A stretch of 64,000 nt of DNA from Chloroflexota bacterium (GTDB lineage: Bacteria; Chloroflexota; UBA6077; CF-72), in the NCBI GenBank assembly GCA_019247515.1, contig JAFAOS010000340.1, positions 315 through 64,314 of the forward strand. Reading direction: 5' to 3'. The translations under genes were made by a program, and so were the position numbers. Shown piece after piece: positions 25,841 to 33,578 of the stretch (positions are counted from its first letter, which is position 1; the number at the start of each line of letters is the position of its first letter). A model generated the notes under the pieces. The model saw only the letters and a list, made by a program, of their open reading frames with translations, did no database searches and had not been told where the DNA came from.

Positions 25841-27736
25841 TTGTTCCGCGGACTCGACCGAATCGCGCTTGCCAAGCTGGCCGGGCACATCGAGCCAGTC
25901 CGCGTGCATGACGGTGAGGCGCTGTTTTTTCAGGGCGATCCAGGCGATGCGCTGTACCTGATCAGCCGAGGCGCGTATGGCGTCTACGCTCGGTCCTCCG
26001 AGTCCTCAGATGAGGTGCTGCTGCAGCGGCTCCACCGCGGAGAGGCGATCGGCGAGATTGCGCTGCTGACGGACGAGCCGCGCTCCTCGACCATCCGTGG
26101 CGAGGGCGACGGTGAGGTGCTGCGGCTGCCCAAAGCTCGCTTTCTAGATCTGGTTCGCAGCGACCCGTCGGTCGGGCTGGCGATTTCCGCAACGCTGATC
26201 CGGCGGTTACGCGCGGCGGACGCGGCGCGGCTCGGCACCCCGCCGCCGGCGCTGGACACCGGGTCGCTCGAAGCGGAGCGTGACGGACCTGCGCGCCTGA
26301 ACCCCCGCTGGACCGATGGATCAGGTCGGAGCAGGCCCAATAAGCGCGCGGTGGGTCTGGGATTGAGCGCGCTCCTGTTCGTTGGTGGCTGGTTTGGCGT
26401 GGCGCCGCCACCGGGACTCGGCGAGGCCGGCTGGCACGCGCTGGTCAGCCTGGTGGCGATCGTGCCCGCGCTGGTGCTGGAGGCAATGCCCGACGGCGCC
26501 CTCGCGCTGTTGCTGGTCAGTATCTGGGCGGCTGGTGGCGTGGTTCCGACCAATGTTGCGTTGGGCGGCTTCAGTACGACCACGTTCGTCCTGGTCGTGG
26601 CGGTGTTCACGGTCGGCGCCGCCATCGCGTCCTCGGGCCTGCTGTACCGGCTCGCGCTCTGGTCCGCCTCGCGAACGGCGAGCTTCGCCGGACAGGTCCT
26701 CACTCTCGGCGTCTCAGGGGCCGTGCTCGGCCCAGCCGTGCCCAACGCGACCGGTCGGATGGCGCTCGCGGCCAGCGCGGTGGGTGAACTTGCCGACGCG
26801 CTGGGTTACGAACCCGGCAGTTCGACAGCCAGCGGTCTGGCGATGGCCGCTCTGGCCGGCTACGGCCAGATGGTGGCCCTCGTTCCCACGTCGTCCAGTG
26901 TTGCGCTCCTTGCCCTGGCGCTCTTGCCCGACACGGCGCGCGCGGACGTGACATGGATTGGATGGGGCGTGCGTGCGCTGCCGCTACACCTGGTGGTGTT
27001 AGGGGGTCTGCTGGCGACCACGCTGTGGATCAGCCGGCCGTGGCAGTCGGGCCGGTCGAAGGACCGCATGGTAAAGGCGCTGACACTTCAGCGCGCACTC
27101 CTCGGACGGCTCTCGCGAAGCGAGGCGGTGGCGGCCGTGACGACGCTCGCATTGTTGGTGGGCTTTGCCACCCAGCCAGTCCACGGGGTCGACCCCGCCT
27201 GGCTGTGTATCGGCGCCATGGTGGTGCTGGCAGCGTGCGGGGTTCTGACCGTCGACACGTTGCGCACGGTCAACTGGAGCACGGTGTTGCTGCTCGGGAT
27301 GCTTGCGGGTCTCGGCAGCGTGTTCACCGCCACCGGCCTGGACGCGTGGCTGGGCAGCGTGGTCGTCGCCTCGGTCGGCGGACTGGCCAGTCTGCCGGTC
27401 GTGTTCGTGCTCGGCCTGGCGGTCGCGTGTATCGGCCTCAGCTTTGCGCTGCGCTGGCAGGCCGCGGTGCCCATCGTCGTGGTGGCCATGTCGCCGGTCG
27501 CGCGCGCCGCGGCCATCGATCCATGGATCGTGGCGATCGTCACGCTGACGGCTTCCAATACATTTTTCCTGCCCTACCAGAGCACCATCTACCTGGCGCT
27601 GTACGACGGCGCGGGCGCGCGCCAGGGATTGTTCCGCCACGCCCAGTTTCGCCCGCTCAGCGTTGCATACGCCTTGCTGGTCCTCGGTGGCCTCGCGATC
27701 AGCGTGCCGTTCTGGCACAGCCTCGGACTGCTGTGA
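25841..27736 (+). CDS. Cyclic-nucleotide-binding domain fused to a multi-pass ion-transporter-superfamily (SLC13/ArsB-like) permease
   Basis: N-terminal CNB domain: LFRGLD..., GDPGDALYLISRG, GEIALLTDEPRSSTI (phosphate-binding cassette with Arg). About 470 aa of hydrophobic helices follow. TTG start at 25841; the true start may lie a few codons upstream, after the GGGAGGAAGGGG at 25775-25788. Confidence 0.75.
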   Translation: MFRGLDRIALAKLAGHIEPVRVHDGEALFFQGDPGDALYLISRGAYGVYARSSESSDEVLLQRLHRGEAIGEIALLTDEPRSSTIRGEGDGEVLRLPKARFLDLVRSDPSVGLAISATLIRRLRAADAARLGTPPPALDTGSLEAERDGPARLNPRWTDGSGRSRPNKRAVGLGLSALLFVGGWFGVAPPPGLGEAGWHALVSLVAIVPALVLEAMPDGALALLLVSIWAAGGVVPTNVALGGFSTTTFVLVVAVFTVGAAIASSGLLYRLALWSASRTASFAGQVLTLGVSGAVLGPAVPNATGRMALAASAVGELADALGYEPGSSTASGLAMAALAGYGQMVALVPTSSSVALLALALLPDTARADVTWIGWGVRALPLHLVVLGGLLATTLWISRPWQSGRSKDRMVKALTLQRALLGRLSRSEAVAAVTTLALLVGFATQPVHGVDPAWLCIGAMVVLAACGVLTVDTLRTVNWSTVLLLGMLAGLGSVFTATGLDAWLGSVVVASVGGLASLPVVFVLGLAVACIGLSFALRWQAAVPIVVVAMSPVARAAAIDPWIVAIVTLTASNTFFLPYQSTIYLALYDGAGARQGLFRHAQFRPLSVAYALLVLGGLAISVPFWHSLGLL

Positions 27737-27785
27737 GACGGCTTCACGAGCCAGCCGCGTGGCCGGTACACTTGGCGGCTCCAGT

Positions 27786-30731
27786 ATGAGCGCACATCCA
27801 ACTCAGGACACGGACGTGCGCGGCGCCGCCGATACTGACTTCCTGGCCCTCGGCCTTGGCGGTACCAGCATGATGTCCATGCTGTGGACAATCGCTCTTG
27901 GGCACCGGGCGGTGGGTGTCGAGATGCGCGGCGATCCGTTTCTGGGCGTCCACTGGAATATCCGGGCCGACCTGTATCACCAGCTCGGGTTGATCGACCG
28001 GTTGATGCTCGAGCGCTACGGCGAAGAGCGGCTGCCGCGGCGCGGTGATTCGGATAAGCTCTTTCGACTCGCGGAGACGCTCTACAGCACCGAAACCAGG
28101 TCGGGCGACATTGTCGCCGACGAAGTCATCGACGGGTTCGACAGCGAGCAGCACATCGTCGGGACGATCCACCACGTGGAGTTCATTGACGACCGCTGGC
28201 GGGACGGCGTGCCGAATCGGACCGTTACGCTATTGAGTCCGCCGCCTGCACCGGAGTTGCCCGACGAGCGGCTCATCCGAGACAACATTCGAGACGTGCT
28301 CGACGGCCCCTCCACCTTCCAGGCCGGCGCCGCTTCGGTGCTCGTGCTGTTGCGGCGCTACCTCGAAAAACTGGAGCAACTGGACCTCGAGGGCGGCTAC
28401 GAGCCGCGTGTACGTTTGTTCACTCGCCACCGTGTCTTGAACACTCCGGAAGGCTTCATCAAACTTGACGATGGTCGCATTGGCTTTCGCATCGAGGCCT
28501 TGCAGGAGCTCGATTACCGAGGCAAATTCGTCCGCGTTCGCCGACCCGGCACCGGTCCTATCGAGCTCGGCGTGCCGCGGTTGTTCATGATCGCCCAAGG
28601 CTCCCACAGTACCGATGCAGAGCGACTCGGCTTCAAACAGGAGGACGTGGTGGTGGACCACGACGACGGCCGCGGCCCGGTCGTGGCGCAGGCGGACTTC
28701 CTTGCGGGTCTGCTCGAAGTGCTGGTTGGCGGTCGCTTGCGTCGGCGGATCTCGTCCGAGTTCGACGAGAACGGCACCGAGTACTGGGTGCGCCAGATCG
28801 CGGTCGGCCACGAAAACGATCCGGAGGTGGGCTGGTGCCTGGTCCAGGTTCCGGACTTCAAGGCGTTCGATCCGGTGGCCGCTGGCCTGGTGCCGGAGGG
28901 CACTGATGGGCGGTCACCCGAGTTCTTCGCCGCCTACGAGAACCTGGTCTACGACTTCTATGTGCAGCACGTGGCCGACATTCTGGACATGCCGAAGGAG
29001 CAAGTGCAGAAGATCCAATCGGCATACGGTCCGAAACTCTTTACGCTGGTAGAGCGGATGGGGGACGACGCCCTGATCGCGCCGAATGGAGTGGTCGCCG
29101 GCGACTCGTTCGGCAACGGCCACTTTCTCACCTCGGGCGGAGCGATGACCGGCATGGTGGGCCACAGCGCACGGGTGTACGAATACTGGCGGGCCTGCGA
29201 CGCCGGCACCCGGCACGCGGAGGCGATTCGCACGCTCGCCGACAAGATCATGATGGATACCAGCGACTGGCTCCACGTGAGTGCCAAAGAGTACAGCGAG
29301 GCCGTGCCGATCAATTTCGGCGCCGAACGGATCGCGCAGATTTCGGCGCAAAGCGGCATCTCCTCGAGCGCCCGGTCGGCGGCGATCGACGCCTCGCGCC
29401 GACTGCGTCACGCGTTGCTGCCGTTGGATCCATCCGACTGGCGGCGATTGTTCCTCCGCAACGGGAAGGTCCACTCGGCGCCGCTGCCAGACCTGCACGC
29501 GATTCATCCAGCACTGCGTACACAAGTAGCGCGGCGCGCGCAAACGCGTATTGGTGTGGCGACCGTCGTAGCTGACCTCCAACCCGAGACGGTGCGCTAT
29601 GTCGAGGCACTGCTCCGCCAGCCGGGCGTCAACCTGGGCTTGATCACCGGTGCGTCGGTCACGGCGCTGCCTGACGCGTGGCACGAGCGCGTGGTCGCAA
29701 AGGCGCACGTATCGAACATTCTCAATGCAGACGAGCTCGCCGAGGCTGTTCGGGTGATGCACGATCGCATCGGATTACCCGATCGGTTCGTGACGCCCGC
29801 CGATGAACTGCAAGTGCCTGTCGCGGCAGCCCGCGAAATACTCGGCATCGCCGGCGCGCGGGTGTCAGAAGCGCGTAACTTTCGTGATGGGACGCGCATG
29901 CGTGAGCGGCTGGAGGCCCTGGGCCTACCAATCGCCCGTTACGCCAGGGTCGAAAGCATCGAGGATGGTCTCGTGTTCGGCACCGAGATCGGCTACTACC
30001 CGCTGGTCGTCAAGCCCAACGAAGGTGCCGGTGCCGACAACACGTACCGGGTTCAGACCGAGGACGAGCTGCGCGAGCTGCTCGAGCGACTGCAACCGAG
30101 CGCGGACCGTCCGCTGATCTGTGAGGAGTTCATCAAAGGTCACGAGTGCACGCTGGAAGTCATCACCATCCACGGCGTCCCCGCCTGGTTCTCGGCCACG
30201 CGCTTCGAACCGGAGCTGCTCGACGTGCTCCTGTCGCCCGGTACTCCGCTCACGATCACGTTGCCGCGTGAACCTGACGATCCAGCCGACCCACTGCTGC
30301 GACGTATGGGGTTCGCGGCCCTCAAGGCGCTGGGAATGGGCACCGGCTTGTCGACCATACGCTGGCACCGCCGCCAGGATGGAACATCTGTCATTGCTAA
30401 CGTGAGCGCGAGCCCACCCCCGGCCAGCGTCATGTCACTGATGGAGCTCGTGTACGGCGCCGACATGCACCGCGTGTGGGCCAACACCCTCACGAATGAA
30501 GTGTTCGCGCCGATCCCGCGGTTGATCGCCGCTGGCGGCGTCTTTTTCCGCCGCCCGCTTCAGTCTCAGCTCGGCGCGCTCGATGCAGTCCTGGCCGAGT
30601 TCCAGGACGTGGTGGTGGAGGCCCGCTTGCCGGAGTATGTGCTGGCGCGGCATGCCGAGACGAGAGTGGTGGACGAAGCACTGCATCGCATCGCCGCAGC
30701 GGTTCGCGCGCCGGTTTATTCGACGATCTGA
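27786..30731 (+). CDS. 981-aa fusion protein: flavoprotein (halogenase/monooxygenase)-like N-terminal region plus C-terminal ATP-grasp domain
   Basis: ATG 27786 inside ORF 27663-30731. N-terminal FLALGLGGTS (degenerate dinucleotide-binding loop) and VAGDSFGNGHFLTSGGAMTGMVGH (resembles the GDAxxFxDPxxSxG motif of flavin halogenases/monooxygenases). C-terminal YPLVVKPNEGAGADNTYRV and CEEFIKGHECTLEVI are ATP-grasp motifs. Confidence 0.75.
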   Translation: MSAHPTQDTDVRGAADTDFLALGLGGTSMMSMLWTIALGHRAVGVEMRGDPFLGVHWNIRADLYHQLGLIDRLMLERYGEERLPRRGDSDKLFRLAETLYSTETRSGDIVADEVIDGFDSEQHIVGTIHHVEFIDDRWRDGVPNRTVTLLSPPPAPELPDERLIRDNIRDVLDGPSTFQAGAASVLVLLRRYLEKLEQLDLEGGYEPRVRLFTRHRVLNTPEGFIKLDDGRIGFRIEALQELDYRGKFVRVRRPGTGPIELGVPRLFMIAQGSHSTDAERLGFKQEDVVVDHDDGRGPVVAQADFLAGLLEVLVGGRLRRRISSEFDENGTEYWVRQIAVGHENDPEVGWCLVQVPDFKAFDPVAAGLVPEGTDGRSPEFFAAYENLVYDFYVQHVADILDMPKEQVQKIQSAYGPKLFTLVERMGDDALIAPNGVVAGDSFGNGHFLTSGGAMTGMVGHSARVYEYWRACDAGTRHAEAIRTLADKIMMDTSDWLHVSAKEYSEAVPINFGAERIAQISAQSGISSSARSAAIDASRRLRHALLPLDPSDWRRLFLRNGKVHSAPLPDLHAIHPALRTQVARRAQTRIGVATVVADLQPETVRYVEALLRQPGVNLGLITGASVTALPDAWHERVVAKAHVSNILNADELAEAVRVMHDRIGLPDRFVTPADELQVPVAAAREILGIAGARVSEARNFRDGTRMRERLEALGLPIARYARVESIEDGLVFGTEIGYYPLVVKPNEGAGADNTYRVQTEDELRELLERLQPSADRPLICEEFIKGHECTLEVITIHGVPAWFSATRFEPELLDVLLSPGTPLTITLPREPDDPADPLLRRMGFAALKALGMGTGLSTIRWHRRQDGTSVIANVSASPPPASVMSLMELVYGADMHRVWANTLTNEVFAPIPRLIAAGGVFFRRPLQSQLGALDAVLAEFQDVVVEARLPEYVLARHAETRVVDEALHRIAAAVRAPVYSTI

Positions 30732-31237
30732 TAGCCGGCGAGGACCGGCGCTGCGTTGTCGCGATCGCTCACGGCCACCTGATGCGCGATCAGCTCAGCC
30801 AGACGGTAGGTAAGCTCGCGATGGTGAACCGAGAGCATGCGCGCCAGGGCCAGGACCAGCTTGTAGGCGCCGAGACTCCCCTGGTCGAGGAGCTCCTCGA
30901 ACCGCTCGCGGCGAAACCGAAAGATCGTCAGCGGTCCCTGCGCACGAATAGTCGCCGATCGCGCATGACCGTCGAGGATGGCGATCTCGCCGAAGGCAGC
31001 CCCCGGCTCCAGGATGCGAATCTGCCAGTCGCCCTTGTGGACCTGGGCTTTGCCCTCGTACAGGATGTACCACGCGTCGCCGGGCTCGCCCTCGTGAAAA
31101 ATGACCTCGCCGTCGGTGAAGCGCTGGACGTCCATGATGCGCACCACCTCGGCGCGCTCGGCAGAGTCCAGGGTGTCGAAGAGGGGCGTGGTCAGCAGGA
31201 AACCGACTACGGTGTCGAGCGAGATAGGTTGGTCCAT
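30716..31237 (-). CDS. Stand-alone cyclic-nucleotide-binding domain protein (no HTH)
   Basis: Internal ATG 31237 of ORF 30716-31330. LFDTLDSAERAEVV..., GEPGDAWYILYEG, FGEIAILDGHARSATI. The 3' end overlaps the convergent ATP-grasp gene by 16 nt. Confidence 0.75.
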   Translation of the reverse strand: MDQPISLDTVVGFLLTTPLFDTLDSAERAEVVRIMDVQRFTDGEVIFHEGEPGDAWYILYEGKAQVHKGDWQIRILEPGAAFGEIAILDGHARSATIRAQGPLTIFRFRRERFEELLDQGSLGAYKLVLALARMLSVHHRELTYRLAELIAHQVAVSDRDNAAPVLAGYQIVE

Positions 31238-31289
31238 GACTGCAGCGTCGGGCTCCGAGTATGCCGGCCCGGGCGTGTGCTGACAAGCC

Positions 31290-31709
31290 TTGACGAAGTA
31301 CATTCTTGAGTCTCGGTCTGACGGGAGCATGGCTTTTGCAACGGTGGCGGCCGTTGCACGTCAACATCACATGGGATGTCTCGGTGTTCTGGTTGCGTTT
31401 GCCCTGATCCTGGCGATGGGCACGTGGGCCGCGGTGGGATTGATTTCTCTGGCTGCGACGCTTGTCGTGGCAGCGCTGGTCGGCTGGGCAGCCGACATGG
31501 TCGTGCCCGGCAAGTTGCCAGGCGGCTGGATCGGAGCGATCCTCGCCGGCCTGATTGGCGGCTTCATCGGAAGTCTGTTGTTCAAAGCGCTCGGGATCCA
31601 CGATCCGGGCTTCTCGTTGTTCGGCGTTGACCTGCTGCCCGCGTTCATTGGTGCGTTGATCGTGGTTGTGGCCGTGGAGCTGTACACCACACGCCGGCCT
31701 CTCGCTTGA
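31290..31709 (+). CDS. GlsB/YeaQ/YmgE (transglycosylase-associated) family membrane protein, start uncertain
   Basis: GWAADMVVPGKLPGGWIGAILAGLIGGFIGSLLF is the family core. Possible starts are TTG 31290, ATG 31329 and ATG 31371. Confidence 0.65.
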   Translation: MTKYILESRSDGSMAFATVAAVARQHHMGCLGVLVAFALILAMGTWAAVGLISLAATLVVAALVGWAADMVVPGKLPGGWIGAILAGLIGGFIGSLLFKALGIHDPGFSLFGVDLLPAFIGALIVVVAVELYTTRRPLA

Positions 31710-31778
31710 GCGTCTCCGGATTCGCCAGTCGCGGCTGCCCGCTGGTTTAGACTTGAATAGGAGGCCAGAAAGGGACTG

Positions 31779-33566
31779 ATGGTGACGATCGAGACCCACC
31801 GAGTGCTTCGAAGCCAGGCGTGGTGGGACGACCCCGCCAATCCTGAGATGACCGCTCTGTACCTCGAGCGGTTCCTCAATTTTGGCATTACACGACCTGA
31901 GCTCCAATCCGGTCGACCGATCATCGGAATCGCGCAGACGGGCAGCGACCTCGTGCCATGCAATCGGCATCATCTCGAGCTCGCCCACCGCGTCAGAGAC
32001 GGAATCCGCGATGCCGGCGGCATTCCGCTCGAGTTTCCGGTGCATCCGCTTCAAGAGACCGGCAAGCGGCCGACGGCAGCGCTGGATCGCAACCTGGCCT
32101 ATCTTGGTCTGGTCGAAATCCTGTATGGGTATCCACTGGATGGTGTAGTGCTCACGACGGGATGCGACAAGACGACTCCGGCCTGCCTGTGTGCGGCCGC
32201 GACGGTGAATATTCCTGCCATCGTCCTCTCTGGCGGACCAATGCTCAACGGCTGGTACGACGGCAAGCGCGCCGGTTCCGGTCTGGTTATCTGGGAATCC
32301 AAGCGCCTGCTCGCGGCTGGAGAGATCGACTACTCCGAATTCATGGATCGTGTCGCGGCTTCGGCGCCGAGTGCCGGCCATTGCAACACGATGGGCACCG
32401 CCTCGTCGATGAACGCGATGGCAGAAGCGCTCGGGATGTCGCTCCCCGGCTGCGCGGCGATTCCCGCCCCGTATCGCGAGCGGTCCCAAATGGCCTACGA
32501 CACCGGCCGCCGGGCGGTCGAGCTGGTTCGCGAGGATGTCACGCCACGGATGATCATGAACAAACAGGCGTTCGAGAACGCGATCGTGGTTGCATCGGCA
32601 ATTGGCGCGTCCACGAACGTACCCATCCACATGGACGCCATGGCTCGGCACGCCGGTGTGGAGCTTACGAACTACGACTGGCAGCGATTGGGAGGTGATA
32701 TTCCGCTCCTTGCCAATGTGCAGCCCGCCGGGGAGTTCCTCGGGGAGGACTTTTATCACGCCGGTGGGGTGCCCGCGGTGATGCACGTGCTTCTGGAGGC
32801 CGGCAAGCTGCATGGCGACCGGTTGACTGTTTCGGGTGGCACGGTGGCTACCAATGTCTCTCATTCCGCGCCGACGGACCTGGCGGTCATCCGGCCGTAC
32901 ACTGACCCGCTCGCGGACCGGGGCGGGCTCATGGTCATCACCGGCAACCTGTTCGACGCCGCGATCATGAAGACCTCGGTCATCACTGAGGAATTCCGCG
33001 GCCGGTATCTGTCGAAGCCGAACGATCCGGACGCCTTCGAGGGACGCGCGATTGTTTTCGAGGGGCCGGAGGACTACCACGCTCGCATCGACGATCCGCA
33101 GCTCGACATCGATGAGAACTGCATTCTGGTGATACGCTACGTGGGTACGCAGGCGTACCCGGGCTCAGCCGAAGTGGTCAATATGCAACCCCCCGCCGCG
33201 CTCATCAAGCGCGGCATTAATGCGCTGCCGACGATCGGCGATGGACGCCAGAGCGGCACCGCCGACGCGCCATCCATCTTGAACGCGAGTCCCGAGGCAG
33301 CCGCCGGCGGAAACCTTGCCATCTTGAGGACGGGCGATAGAGTCCGCATCGATCTCAGACAAGGGCGGGCCGACGTCCTGATCTCGGACGAAGAGATTGC
33401 CGCCCGCCGAAGCGTGCTGTCCGCGCCACAACTGGAAAACCAGACACCCTGGCAGGAAATCTACCGTGCCACGGTCGGGCAACTCGATACCGGTGGCTGC
33501 ATGGAGCTCGCCTTGCAGTACCAGGACCTCGTTCACACCAAAGGCCTCCCGCGCCATTCTCATTGA
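31779..33566 (+). CDS. IlvD/Edd family dehydratase (sugar-acid dehydratase type)
   Basis: 595 aa. RPIIGIAQTGSDLVPCNRHH, VLTTGCDKTTPA, SAGHCNTMGTASSMN (Fe-S cluster Cys motifs), DGRQSGT. Confidence 0.9.
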   Translation: MVTIETHRVLRSQAWWDDPANPEMTALYLERFLNFGITRPELQSGRPIIGIAQTGSDLVPCNRHHLELAHRVRDGIRDAGGIPLEFPVHPLQETGKRPTAALDRNLAYLGLVEILYGYPLDGVVLTTGCDKTTPACLCAAATVNIPAIVLSGGPMLNGWYDGKRAGSGLVIWESKRLLAAGEIDYSEFMDRVAASAPSAGHCNTMGTASSMNAMAEALGMSLPGCAAIPAPYRERSQMAYDTGRRAVELVREDVTPRMIMNKQAFENAIVVASAIGASTNVPIHMDAMARHAGVELTNYDWQRLGGDIPLLANVQPAGEFLGEDFYHAGGVPAVMHVLLEAGKLHGDRLTVSGGTVATNVSHSAPTDLAVIRPYTDPLADRGGLMVITGNLFDAAIMKTSVITEEFRGRYLSKPNDPDAFEGRAIVFEGPEDYHARIDDPQLDIDENCILVIRYVGTQAYPGSAEVVNMQPPAALIKRGINALPTIGDGRQSGTADAPSILNASPEAAAGGNLAILRTGDRVRIDLRQGRADVLISDEEIAARRSVLSAPQLENQTPWQEIYRATVGQLDTGGCMELALQYQDLVHTKGLPRHSH

Positions 33567-33578
33567 GGCACCACATCC

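Noticed and set aside
30795-33080. 761-aa ORF on the minus strand, the longest unexplained ORF in the track
   Set aside because: It runs antisense to the well-supported CNB, GlsB and IlvD/Edd genes. Its translation is Arg/Gly/Pro/His-rich with no motif. This is a typical open antisense frame in GC-rich DNA.
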